The translations under genes and the position numbers were made by a program. A stretch of DNA of 64,000 nucleotides from Vulcanimicrobiota bacterium (lineage in GTDB: Bacteria > Vulcanimicrobiota > Vulcanimicrobiia > Vulcanimicrobiales > Vulcanimicrobiaceae), in assembly GCA_963777315.1 (NCBI GenBank), contig CAVZQC010000004.1:256001-320000 (forward strand), in the 5' to 3' direction. Under the pieces are notes generated by a model. The model was not told where the DNA came from and did not search any database. It was given only the letters and a program-made list of their open reading frames with translations. Below, piece after piece: positions 10,407 through 20,146 of this stretch (within the stretch, counting starts at the first letter, position 1; each line of letters opens with the position of its first letter).

Positions 10407-13400
10407 TCACGCAGACGCGTATTGCTGCGGCTCTTGGGTCCTCGCGGATTCGGCGAACGCACAGAAAAGATTGACGAGCGCCATCTGTTCGGGCGTATGA
10501 CAATGGGCATCGAGCAGCTCGGGGCTGCATACCAGTACGCTCAGACACTGAGCACGCGAGACCGCGACGTTGAAGCGATTGCGGCCGAATAAGAATTCCA
10601 TCCCGCGGGGAACGTCCTGCGCGCTGGATGCCGCCATCGAATAGAAGACGACCGGCGCTTCCAGGCCCTGGAATTTGTCGACGGTGCCTACGGCAACGTC
10701 ATCGTAACCGGCTTGCTCGAGCAGCCGCGTGATGTGAATGCGCTGCACGTTGTACGGAGCCACGATCAGGATGTCGCGCTGGGTTAGCGGCCGCGCCGGT
10801 TTACCCGCGACCGTTACGGTACCGCGCAGAAGGTCGCCGACCTCGGCAACGATGCGCTGAGCCTCTTCTTCGGATCCCGTGCGATTGGACTCGTGTGCGA
10901 TGGGAATGTAGAACAGTCCATTGCCGGAAAGTCCCGGCGAGTCGACGCGGTTTGCCGACGTCTTGTCGGCGGAATGCAAGCGGCCTTCGTAGATCGCCTC
11001 CGAGATGAAAGCGCAGATACGCGGCTGCATGCGATACGAGCATTCCAGGAACAGGCCGTAGTCCTCTCGCACGGTGGGCGTATCACCGCGAAGATGATCG
11101 AGGACGGAAAGCGACGTTCCGATGGGGTGCGACCCTTTGGATACGTGGGGCAGCTGCATCGGATCGCCGAGCAGCACGACGTTTTTGGCAATGCGAGAGG
11201 CAACGATGGCGTCCGCTAAGCTGACTTGACCGGCCTCGTCGATAAAGAGGTAATCGAATGTGCCCTCGGTCCCCTGGTACGCCCACGTAAACATCGTGCC
11301 GGACGCCAGCCGGCAATCCTGCGAAAGCAGCACCGCCATATCCCCCGAGTTTGCCATCATGGACCACTGCTCGTAAGGTTCGTAAGCGGACCGTTCGGTT
11401 GTGGTTTCTTTGTGGCAACCGTTGAATCGAAAGTTGCGCGCCTGCGCCGTTTGCTCTATCTTGCGCAGGAGATTGTGAACGGCTTTATGGCTCTGCGCTG
11501 CGATCGCAACGCGTTTGCCGGCCTGCAGCAGATCGACGATGGTCCAGGCGCCGGTGGTGCTCTTACCCGAACCGGGCGGACCTTGCACGAATAGATAACT
11601 GCTGTCCAGACGCGCGACGATTGCCGAAACGGCCTCTCGCGTAACTTGCGCGGGCTGAACTGCAGCCGATGTTTGCGCCCGCAAGCGGGGACGCCGAACC
11701 AGCAAGATGTCGAATGCCGCGGGATAGCGAGATTGCAGTTCGCCGGACAGATACAGCTTGCCCAGGTCCTCCATGGCGGCGCGTTTGTCGCGGTCCGACG
11801 GCGGTCCGCTTGGAATCAGCGCCCGCAGCGATTCGGGTCGAAGGCCGCCGGCGAGTTTGAGCTGGAGCACGCATTTGTCGCGATCCATGTCGATGATTTC
11901 GCCCGCGCCTTTCTTGGCGTCCGGGCACGTGGGTTTAGTTCCGACGTGATGCTCCTGCGGCGGAAACTCGAACGTGTACACAAAGTTCCTGTCTTTCGCG
12001 CCGGCCTTATAAGCGGCGATATCGCAACGGTAGCGCAGTCCGCCGATCGCCTCATCGTCGAACTCCTCGAGATTCTCGACATGGCCGAGCCGCTCGAAGT
12101 ATTTCCACCACTCCGGCCGCTGTTCGCGGCGGTGGTACCGCTGCAGGTTGCCCAGCAGCCAGCGCGCGCGAAAGTCATCGGACCACGACCGCAGTTGTTC
12201 CATTGAGTCCGGCGCAGGCATATCGTTCAGAAGAAGCCGCTCGGTTTGCGTCACTTCGTCGTCGTCGGGCTTTTCGGCGGCGTCGGGAACCGTGAACCAT
12301 GCAATGGCGTGACCGAGCGTCGCGCTCAGCTCGCCACGCAACTTGCGCAGCCATTGAAGAAGCTCGTACGTGGAGCGGCAATCCTCCTCGTTATAGAGCC
12401 GGATGTCTTCCAGAATGCCGTCGTCGCCCGAAGCGAGCCACGCCTCGAACATCAGGATTGAATCGTCGCCGCGCTTGGTTTTGGAGGTGCGGTTAAAACC
12501 GTAAAACACTTCGAGCTTCTTGATCGAATACGAGGGTTGCGAAATCCATAACCCCTGGCGTACGACGTTGTATAAATCGCAGAAGACGCCGCGCCGCAGG
12601 AGCTGATTTATCTCGTTCTCACGCGTGCCGTACTCGCCCATGAGGCGGCGCATCCGAGCGGGCTCGTACGACCCGTAGTGGTAGATGTGCAGCTCGGGGT
12701 GCTGCTCGAGGCGCTCCATGACCGCGTCGACGAACTGCTCGAATGCCGCGCGTTCGAGTTGGGGCCTCGTCGACCAGATGGGCCGGTACGTTCCTTCCAG
12801 CGGCAGGTAGTATCCCCATAGGTATTCCAGGCCGCGGTCCGCGCGGTACAGCGGATCGCCCTCCATATCGAAAAAAACGTCGCCTGCGCTGGGCTGAGGC
12901 AAACGCGCGAAACCGGTTTGCGGGTCGAACGGCTTAAAACGGAAAAAGTGCTGCGGCTGCGAACCGTTGCGCACGGTTTGGCGGTGCAAATGCTGCTGGC
13001 GCGCCTGCTCGCGCAGGTTGACGAACGTTTTGTCCGTCATCTTGTATGGTGCGTCCGTGGCTGCCGCAAGCGTTGCGAGGGTCGTGATGCCGGCCGAATG
13101 GAGCCTTTTGATTTGGTCCGCGCGCATGAAGGCGACCAGGCTCAAGTGGTCGTCGGCGTCGCGCCGGCTTTCGCAAGCGTCGTTCCACTTGCAGGTTTCG
13201 CAGCGGGGACATTCGACCGGATACGGCAGCTGCGCGTCGGGCCGGCCGGCATCGGACTCGACGTAGTGCAAGAACGACTCTTTCAAGTGCCGGTAATACG
13301 CCAAATAGTCGGCCAGACGATAGGCGCGCTCTTCACCGCTGCCGAGCACGATGTAACCGTGCTGCGGCATAACGCCCTGTATGCGATCCAAATGCTCGCT

Positions 13401-13871
13401 ATAGTTGCAAATCTGAACGAGAAAATATCCCTTTGTCGCTAGGGCGAGCTTGGTGTCGATGACTTCATAACTCCACGAGCCCAATGCACTCGGGACGGCG
13501 ACGCGCCGCAGAAAATCCGCGCGTCCCAGAAAGGTGCCGTCGAAAAACGTGGGCTGGTAGATAAGGCGAACGCCGCGGCGCATCGCCTCGACCGTCCGGC
13601 CTTCGGCAGCCTGCAGCCCCGCAGCCGTGTTGTCGGCGCGCTCGTCGAAGGCAACCAGTTCCGCGCCGAAAACGTCCTTTTGGCGCTCGAGATAGTTGCG
13701 CTCGTGCTGGATGCCTTTTTCCGCCAGCAGCCGGCGCGTCTGGTCATCGTCGGCAGGCTCCGCGCGGAGATCGAGCGCGACCTCTGCGCTAAGGCCGGTA
13801 AGGCGGCGGCATTCCAGGTAATCGTTCAAGTCGGACGCTGAATATACCAAACGCCCATCGATCCGCTGCAT
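10407..13871 (-). CDS. TM0106-family RecB/Cas4-like nuclease fused to RNase H-like and SF1 (Upf1-like) helicase domains
   Basis: SASDL..EC, GRADFL, VIDTKLA, CPRCETCKW..C, DVFFDMEGDP, YSIKKLE, QGPPGSGKS, IDEAGQ, LLGDPMQL, GTVDKFQG, NRFNVAVSRA. Confidence 0.93.
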   Translation of the reverse strand: MQRIDGRLVYSASDLNDYLECRRLTGLSAEVALDLRAEPADDDQTRRLLAEKGIQHERNYLERQKDVFGAELVAFDERADNTAAGLQAAEGRTVEAMRRGVRLIYQPTFFDGTFLGRADFLRRVAVPSALGSWSYEVIDTKLALATKGYFLVQICNYSEHLDRIQGVMPQHGYIVLGSGEERAYRLADYLAYYRHLKESFLHYVESDAGRPDAQLPYPVECPRCETCKWNDACESRRDADDHLSLVAFMRADQIKRLHSAGITTLATLAAATDAPYKMTDKTFVNLREQARQQHLHRQTVRNGSQPQHFFRFKPFDPQTGFARLPQPSAGDVFFDMEGDPLYRADRGLEYLWGYYLPLEGTYRPIWSTRPQLERAAFEQFVDAVMERLEQHPELHIYHYGSYEPARMRRLMGEYGTRENEINQLLRRGVFCDLYNVVRQGLWISQPSYSIKKLEVFYGFNRTSKTKRGDDSILMFEAWLASGDDGILEDIRLYNEEDCRSTYELLQWLRKLRGELSATLGHAIAWFTVPDAAEKPDDDEVTQTERLLLNDMPAPDSMEQLRSWSDDFRARWLLGNLQRYHRREQRPEWWKYFERLGHVENLEEFDDEAIGGLRYRCDIAAYKAGAKDRNFVYTFEFPPQEHHVGTKPTCPDAKKGAGEIIDMDRDKCVLQLKLAGGLRPESLRALIPSGPPSDRDKRAAMEDLGKLYLSGELQSRYPAAFDILLVRRPRLRAQTSAAVQPAQVTREAVSAIVARLDSSYLFVQGPPGSGKSTTGAWTIVDLLQAGKRVAIAAQSHKAVHNLLRKIEQTAQARNFRFNGCHKETTTERSAYEPYEQWSMMANSGDMAVLLSQDCRLASGTMFTWAYQGTEGTFDYLFIDEAGQVSLADAIVASRIAKNVVLLGDPMQLPHVSKGSHPIGTSLSVLDHLRGDTPTVREDYGLFLECSYRMQPRICAFISEAIYEGRLHSADKTSANRVDSPGLSGNGLFYIPIAHESNRTGSEEEAQRIVAEVGDLLRGTVTVAGKPARPLTQRDILIVAPYNVQRIHITRLLEQAGYDDVAVGTVDKFQGLEAPVVFYSMAASSAQDVPRGMEFLFGRNRFNVAVSRAQCLSVLVCSPELLDAHCHTPEQMALVNLFCAFAESARTQEPQQYASA

Positions 13872-13916
13872 CAGGTTATTCCAATCCTATCACGGCCGCG
13901 TGGTACCGTGCCAACG

Positions 13917-14429
13917 TCATGCGGATCGATCCACATCGTACCATTCCAAACAGCGCAGCAAGATGGCCGCCGTCACGAGCGCATCTGCCAGCGCGCGATG
14001 CGCCGGAAGGTCCGCGAGCGCAGGATCGTCGTCGATGCGAAGATACCGGCGCAGCGTTTGGTTTCGGTGATTCGGCGCTTGCGGAAAGCAGCGGCGCGCC
14101 AAGCGCAGCGTGCAAAGCGACGGCAGATGCGCGAGTGCGGGCAGGAACCCCAAGTCGAACGCCGCGTTGTGCGCGACGACGGTCGAACCGCGGCAAAGCC
14201 GCCGCAGGCGCCGCTGCGCCACGACGAAAGGCGCTGCGTTGGTCACGTCCTGGTCGGTGATGCCGTGCACGCGCGTGGCATACTCGGGGATGGGGCGGCG
14301 CGGGTCGACCAACGTGGACCACGTTTGAACGATGGTTCGGCCGCTGACGACGACGCACGCCATTTCGACGACGCGGTCGCTGGCGTGGCTGAATCCGGTC
14401 GTCTCGACGTCCACCACTGCGTATCGCAC
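13917..14429 (-). CDS. DEDDh 3'-5' exonuclease (DnaQ/epsilon-like)
   Basis: VVDVETTG, VHGIT, AHNAAFD, AHRALADA. Start placed at GTG 14429; the ORF extension beyond it is antisense to the next gene. Confidence 0.9.
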   Translation of the reverse strand: MRYAVVDVETTGFSHASDRVVEMACVVVSGRTIVQTWSTLVDPRRPIPEYATRVHGITDQDVTNAAPFVVAQRRLRRLCRGSTVVAHNAAFDLGFLPALAHLPSLCTLRLARRCFPQAPNHRNQTLRRYLRIDDDPALADLPAHRALADALVTAAILLRCLEWYDVDRSA

Positions 14430-14450
14430 GTACCCAGTGTGGCGCGAGGG

Positions 14451-14478
14451 CGTGCCAAGCGCATGGCACGATCTTCGC
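14451..14478. promoter_or_regulatory. Inverted repeat CGTGCCA-N6-TGGCACG; the right arm forms a sigma54-like GG-N10-GC element
   Basis: Perfect 7-bp arms at 14451-14457 and 14464-14470; TGGCACGATCTTCGC lies upstream of the substrate-binding protein gene. Confidence 0.35.
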
Positions 14479-14517
14479 GGCGCAGCAAAGGCCACGGCGC
14501 ATGAAGAAGTCACCCGC

Positions 14518-16119
14518 GTGGCCAGTTTCCGGCGGCTCGCGGCTTTGTGCATGCTGGCGTTGCTCGTGCCGGCGGGATGCACGAAAGGCGGTACCGGCTC
14601 AGGGAGCGGAGCCGAGCGGGGCGTGCTTCGCGTCGCGGTGCCGCAAGATCCCAAGACGCTCGATCCGCTGCTGATCTCCAGCACGATCGACACTTTCGTG
14701 CAGCGGCTGATGTTCGAACCGTTGCTTTCGGCCGACTCGCAAGGACGGCCGGTTCCGATTTTGGCCGCCCAAGTTCCATCTACGGCCAACGGGGGCGTGA
14801 GCCGCGACGGCCTGACGATCGTGTATCGCCTGCGCGCCGGTCCCCGCTGGTCCGACGGCGTTCCGGTGACCAGCACAGACGTTGCGTGGACGTGGTCGGC
14901 GATCATGAACCCCGGCAACAACGTCGTTTCCCGTCACGGCTACGACGACGTCGCGCGCATCCAAACGCCGGGCCCGCGCACGGTGATCGTGCATTTGCGC
15001 AGGCCGCTGGCCTCGTTCGTCAACACGTTCTTCGCCGAGAGCGACCAGCCGTATGAAATCGTTCCCGCTCACGTGCTTTCGCGCTATCGCAACGTCAACC
15101 AAGTCGCGTTCAACAACACGCCCGACGTAACGGACGGTCCCTTCCGCTTCGTGCGCTGGACCCACGGCGACCGAGTCGTGCTGCGCGCCGACGAGCGTTT
15201 TTTCTTAGGAAAACCCAAGCTGCGCGGCATCGAAGTACTGACGGTGCCCAATGAAAATACTTCGGTGAACCTGCTGCGCACCGGCGCGATCGATTACATG
15301 TACCAGGCGTCGATTGCAACGTACCCCGAACTGCGCAGCGTCCCCGGCGTCCGGCTGGTGTGGCTGAACATGAACGGTTACGAAGGAATGGTGTTCAACA
15401 CGCGGCGCAAGCCGATGAACGACCCCCGTTTTCGTTTGGCTCTCGCATACGCAATCGACAAATCCGAACTGGTTCGCACGCTCACCTACGGCCAAGAAAC
15501 GCTGGCGACCGAAGATCTGCCGGACTGGATGTGGGCGTACAATCCGCACGTTACGGCGTACGCGCACGATGCCGGCCGGGCGCGCGCGCTGCTGCGCGAG
15601 GCGGGGATCCGGACGCCGATCTCGCTCGACCTGGCAGGCGAGATCGCCAACGTTACCGAGAAACGCGAGGCGGTGCTGCTGCAGTCGCAGCTGGCGGCGT
15701 TCGGCATCAGGCTGCAGATCAAAACCTATCCCGGAGATTTGCTCTATGCACCGGCCGGCATGGGCGGAATCCTCAACGGCGGAAAGTTCGATCTGGCGAT
15801 GTGGCCGTGGTACGCGGGGCTGGATCCCGATAACTCATCGCAGTTTACCTGCGCGGACGTTCCACCGCGCGGATACAACGAATCGGCGTACTGCAATCCC
15901 GAAATGGAGGCGCTGCAAACCCGCGCGCTGGCCCATTACGACGTGCGCACGCGCAAGGCGGCGTATGCGCGCATTGAAGAACTGCTCGCGCGCGACAATC
16001 CGCTGCTGGTATTCTGGTGGCAGCGCCAACAGGAAGCCGTGCGCACGCGAGTAAACGGCTTTGCACCTAATCCCGTGGTTGAATCGTGGAACGCCTGGCA
16101 GTGGAGTATCGAGCCGTGA
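14518..16119 (+). CDS. Peptide/nickel ABC transporter substrate-binding lipoprotein (family 5)
   Basis: Lipobox-like VPAGC; DPKTLDPL, WSDGVPVTSTDV, GPFRFVRW, RLALAYAIDK. Confidence 0.92.
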   Translation: MASFRRLAALCMLALLVPAGCTKGGTGSGSGAERGVLRVAVPQDPKTLDPLLISSTIDTFVQRLMFEPLLSADSQGRPVPILAAQVPSTANGGVSRDGLTIVYRLRAGPRWSDGVPVTSTDVAWTWSAIMNPGNNVVSRHGYDDVARIQTPGPRTVIVHLRRPLASFVNTFFAESDQPYEIVPAHVLSRYRNVNQVAFNNTPDVTDGPFRFVRWTHGDRVVLRADERFFLGKPKLRGIEVLTVPNENTSVNLLRTGAIDYMYQASIATYPELRSVPGVRLVWLNMNGYEGMVFNTRRKPMNDPRFRLALAYAIDKSELVRTLTYGQETLATEDLPDWMWAYNPHVTAYAHDAGRARALLREAGIRTPISLDLAGEIANVTEKREAVLLQSQLAAFGIRLQIKTYPGDLLYAPAGMGGILNGGKFDLAMWPWYAGLDPDNSSQFTCADVPPRGYNESAYCNPEMEALQTRALAHYDVRTRKAAYARIEELLARDNPLLVFWWQRQQEAVRTRVNGFAPNPVVESWNAWQWSIEP

Positions 16120-17645
16120 TGCCTTCGCGCGCGCGCATAGCAAATTTCGGCATGTATCTGGCCGGCTTCATGGCCGTGCTCAACATCAGCATAATCTATC
16201 TCGCGCTGCCGTACATCGAACGCACGCTGCACGCCGGCATAGCGGATCAAGAATGGATCCTCAGCGTTTACCCGCTCATGGAGGGCGGCTTTACGCTGGC
16301 CGCCGGTACGCTGGGCGATCTGTACGGCCGCAAGCGCATTCTCACCCTGACGACCTGGCTGTTCGTGCTGGCGACGTTGGGGTGCGCGCTGGCTCCCAGC
16401 GCACCGGTACTGATCGTGCTGCGCGGACTGCAGGGGCTCGGCGGCGCCGCGCTGCTGTCGCTGCCCGTTGCCATTTTGGTGCAGATGCTGCCCGAAGGCG
16501 ACGACAACGAGAATACGATCAAGATGTTCTCGACGGTCGCGGGTGCGGGCGCAGTCGCCGGCCCCGTGATCGGCGGCGCGCTCGTGCATTGGTTTGGCTG
16601 GCCGTCGGTGTTTTATCTGTCCGTTCTGATGGGTTTGGTCGTACTGGCTACGTTCCCGTACGTCAAGGAGAGCCGGCGCGACCCCTCGCTACGGCTGGAC
16701 GGCCTGGGCCAGTTCCTGAGCATCGTATCGTTCATTGCGATCAGCTTCGCGTTGATCGAAGGCAACGCCAACGGCTGGAGCTCGCCGCTGATCGTCGGAT
16801 CGTTCGCGGTATTTGCAATCGGCATCGTGTGCTTCGTCGCGATCGAGCGCCGCGCTGCAAAGCCGATGGTCCACCTGCGCTACTTCGGCTCGCGTTCGTT
16901 CGTGGCCGCCTTGCTCATCATCGGGGCGATCAACTTCGGCTGGTACGGCATAATGCTGCTCTGCACCGACTTTCTGCAGAACGTGCAGCGCCAGTCGCCG
17001 TTTGCCGCGGGATTCTATCTGATGCCCAGCAATCTCGCCTTCTTTACGATCAATCAGTACAGCTCTCAGGCCGAAAAACTGCTCGGACAGCGTCTGCTGC
17101 TGGTCGTAAGCTGGGTGGTCACGCTTGCGGGCATCGTGTGGCTGGCCATGTTGGGCGTTTCCTCGGCATCGTGGCAGGTTGCGGCGGGATTGTTCGTGGC
17201 GGGAATCGGTTGGGGGCTGCTCTTTACGCCCGCTGCATCGATGGGGATGTCGGCGGTTGCGCCGGTCGACGAGGGTTTTGCTTCGGGCGCGATTGCGCTG
17301 AGCCGTTCGCTGTTCGGCGTGTTCGGCATTGCGATTTTGGGGACGCTGCTTTCAGGCGGGATGGCGCGCGGAGTGCACGATGCTTTGGCCGCGGCCGGCA
17401 TTCCGGCGGCGGCCGGCGAGCAGATCGGCAGCGCGGTGCATCACGGCGGCGCGTTCGTCATTGCGCAGCATCCGCCGGCGGGAGTGAATGCCGGATTTCT
17501 CGTGCAGCTGATGGAGCAGTCCTTCGTGAGCGGCTGGCATCTCGCGCTAACCGTCTGCGCGGCGCTTACGCTGCTGGCCGGCCTGCTGATTTACGGTTTG
17601 CTGCCCGCTCGCAAATCGGCCGTCACGGGCAGCGCGCAAGCTTAG
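16119..17645 (+). CDS. MFS transporter, DHA2 (EmrB/QacA-like) family
   Basis: Many hydrophobic segments; motif A GTLGDLYGRKR, RGLQGLG, GPVIGGAL; TGATG coupling with the upstream gene. Confidence 0.92.
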   Translation: MPSRARIANFGMYLAGFMAVLNISIIYLALPYIERTLHAGIADQEWILSVYPLMEGGFTLAAGTLGDLYGRKRILTLTTWLFVLATLGCALAPSAPVLIVLRGLQGLGGAALLSLPVAILVQMLPEGDDNENTIKMFSTVAGAGAVAGPVIGGALVHWFGWPSVFYLSVLMGLVVLATFPYVKESRRDPSLRLDGLGQFLSIVSFIAISFALIEGNANGWSSPLIVGSFAVFAIGIVCFVAIERRAAKPMVHLRYFGSRSFVAALLIIGAINFGWYGIMLLCTDFLQNVQRQSPFAAGFYLMPSNLAFFTINQYSSQAEKLLGQRLLLVVSWVVTLAGIVWLAMLGVSSASWQVAAGLFVAGIGWGLLFTPAASMGMSAVAPVDEGFASGAIALSRSLFGVFGIAILGTLLSGGMARGVHDALAAAGIPAAAGEQIGSAVHHGGAFVIAQHPPAGVNAGFLVQLMEQSFVSGWHLALTVCAALTLLAGLLIYGLLPARKSAVTGSAQA

Positions 17646-18559
17646 CGCTCTAAAGCGGCGCGATTCCAGTTCGCTAAATCGGCGGCGGCTTCGTACGTGC
17701 GTTGAAAAAACGTCAGCACCGCTTGGTCGGGATCGGGGGATTGGCGAGCGGCCTCGTAAGGCAGAATGAATTCTTTCATCTGCGTGCTGTACGATGCGCC
17801 CGGTGGGCCGGCCGGCGCCTGACCGAAACCGGCCGGCTCGGGATAGGCATAGGAGTAAAACATCGCTTCCATGCCGTATCCGCCGGGCCAAAAACCCGCG
17901 CTGCTCACTTCCTGCGAATACGCTTCGAGCGTGATGGAATCCGCGGTGTTGGGAACGCTCGGATGCCGGGGGGCCGGTCTTCCGGAAAATCGCGTAACGG
18001 CCAAATCGAAGCTTCCCCAAAAGAAGTGCACCGGGCTGACTTTGCCCGTAAAGCGCGAGCGAAACGCTTTGCACAACCTGTCCGCTTGCACCAGCGCTCG
18101 CCAAAACCGATGAGCGTACTGCGGATCGTAGGATGCGTGAGTGAAATCGCGTTCGAACGGGATTGCGTCGGCCACTTCGCTCGGCATCGTACGAATGGAA
18201 ACGTCGATCTTCAGCGATTGCAGCGCTTCCAGCAGACGGCGATAGAAGTCGGCCACCGGCATGGCGCTCAGCGCGAAGTCGATCTGCTCGCCGTCGCACG
18301 TACGTACGCGCAAGGCGTGATCGATGAAGTCGAAATCGATCTCGAACGTGCGCCAGCCGGGCAGCGGCATTGGGGAGGTAGTAAGGCCGCGAGCCGTGAC
18401 GTACAGCGTTACGTGCCACCAGTGGTTGACGGGCGGTTCCTGCGTCAAACGGATTTTGCCGACGATCTGCGTCCACATGTGCAGCGTCGCCAGCGTGTCT
18501 TTCCACTGCTCGTACCGCAGACTGGGCCAGGTTTGCTCGAGTAAAGAGGACTGTGCCAT
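17642..18559 (-). CDS. DUF5996 family protein
   Basis: WKDTLATLHMWTQIVGKIRL, NHWWHVTLY, SPVHFFWGSFDLAVTRFSGR. Confidence 0.85.
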   Translation of the reverse strand: MAQSSLLEQTWPSLRYEQWKDTLATLHMWTQIVGKIRLTQEPPVNHWWHVTLYVTARGLTTSPMPLPGWRTFEIDFDFIDHALRVRTCDGEQIDFALSAMPVADFYRRLLEALQSLKIDVSIRTMPSEVADAIPFERDFTHASYDPQYAHRFWRALVQADRLCKAFRSRFTGKVSPVHFFWGSFDLAVTRFSGRPAPRHPSVPNTADSITLEAYSQEVSSAGFWPGGYGMEAMFYSYAYPEPAGFGQAPAGPPGASYSTQMKEFILPYEAARQSPDPDQAVLTFFQRTYEAAADLANWNRAALER

Positions 18560-18622
18560 GCGCGCCCATTCCAGGAATAGGTGCGGCTTACCCGTGCGTG
18601 ATTTTTGCGCCGCAGCGGGCCG

Positions 18623-20101
18623 TCACTGATAGGTTGCGCTGCCGACGGCCACGTTCGAAAGCGTCTTTCGGCAACCGTTCCCGGTGGGGTTGGCCGTGTC
18701 GGTTTCCCACTGCGCCGTGACGGTAACCGTGACGGTACCCGGGGTGGAACGCGTGAACGTGTAACTGCCGTTCTGACCGGCCTTGACGGTGCCGAGATTA
18801 CTCGGACTCATGGCGGCGACCGGGGCTTGATTCGTGTAGCCGCTTTGCACGGTGCCGCCTTCGTTGCGCATGTAGTCGCAGAATTCCATCGGCGTCAGCG
18901 CCGGCGTGGTGAAACTGCACGATGCGCCGACCGGCACGATTCCGCCGTTGGCAGTGCAACCGGCGACTTGGTATCCCACGCTCTTACGGGCCGAACCGGG
19001 ATTTTGATCGCTCCAGGTCGTGCTGCACGACGAAATAATTTGCCGGCCTTGGGAAGCGAGGTCGACCTGCGGACCTTGGCCGGCCGGGGGAATCTCGCCG
19101 GCGATGTTTACGGCGGCGCCGCAAGTGCTTGCGCTTTGGTTGAAAGTTCCGTTGTACCCGGCCTCGTACAACGCGACGTTCGTGCCGCCTGGACCGCTGA
19201 TGCAGCCGGTGCCGTCGGTGGAAAAGCCGCCGGGTCCCTGGGCGTCGGCTAGCGGGGTTAGGTACGTGCCGTCGGTGAAGGCGCGCGCGCTGCAGCCGGC
19301 GGCCTGGGCAAAGCCGCCCGCGAGCAGGGCGTTGAGAAAATACGCGACATCGTGCTGCGGCGCGGATGCGGAGCTGAGCGATTGACCGTTCACCGGCAGC
19401 TGCAGGAACGCGGGCCACACGTTCAGCGGCGACGGCGTGGATGTTGCCGACGGTCTGGGCGTGTAGTCGAGCACGACCGTGAATCCGGTGGGCGCAGTAT
19501 TCGTAACCAGACGCATTTCGCGCGCGCGGCTGGGCGTATCGATCCGCAGGTACGTGATTTGATTGCCGCCGGCGATCGACGGATTCGCCGCTCCGTAAAA
19601 ACGCACGGCGCCCGGGGTCAGCGTCGCCGCGCCATACAGCGGCGAATACACTTTGCTCGATGAATCCGCCAGCGCCGTCACCGGATACGTGTGGGCATAG
19701 AACCCTGTGATTCCGGCGTAGGTTTGGTCCACCGCCGGTGCAGAACCCGGCGCCGCGTAAAGGTACCGCGTGAGCGTCCTTGCTGCAACGTCGTACGTGT
19801 ACGCCCAAAAATAAGACTGATACTTTGCGTCGCGCGTGAAGAAATCGACCTCGTGACCGTCGCCATTGGAAACGCCGTTCACGTCGCGGGCCGGCGTGAA
19901 AATCGCCCAGGCCGAATCGGCGTCGGCTTGCCAGCGGTCGACCAGCTCGCCGATCGAAGCTGCCTCGACGTCGCGCTGTGCTTGGAGTCCGCTCCAATGC
20001 AGCAGCGACACCGTCGACTGCAGCAGGAACAAACCGAAAATTGCAGCGATGCCTAAAGCGACCGCTACTTCAAGGAGCGTGAACCCGCGCTCACGATGCA
20101 C
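18623..20101 (-). CDS. Large prepilin-type (N-terminal cleavage/methylation) protein
   Basis: Class III signal RERG/FTLLEV followed by a hydrophobic helix; Cys/Thr/Gly-rich C-terminal region. Confidence 0.8.
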   Translation of the reverse strand: MHRERGFTLLEVAVALGIAAIFGLFLLQSTVSLLHWSGLQAQRDVEAASIGELVDRWQADADSAWAIFTPARDVNGVSNGDGHEVDFFTRDAKYQSYFWAYTYDVAARTLTRYLYAAPGSAPAVDQTYAGITGFYAHTYPVTALADSSSKVYSPLYGAATLTPGAVRFYGAANPSIAGGNQITYLRIDTPSRAREMRLVTNTAPTGFTVVLDYTPRPSATSTPSPLNVWPAFLQLPVNGQSLSSASAPQHDVAYFLNALLAGGFAQAAGCSARAFTDGTYLTPLADAQGPGGFSTDGTGCISGPGGTNVALYEAGYNGTFNQSASTCGAAVNIAGEIPPAGQGPQVDLASQGRQIISSCSTTWSDQNPGSARKSVGYQVAGCTANGGIVPVGASCSFTTPALTPMEFCDYMRNEGGTVQSGYTNQAPVAAMSPSNLGTVKAGQNGSYTFTRSTPGTVTVTVTAQWETDTANPTGNGCRKTLSNVAVGSATYQ

Positions 20102-20146
20102 GCTGGCGAGAGTGCCCCCGGCGCGGGAGTTGGGGACACCTCGTGA

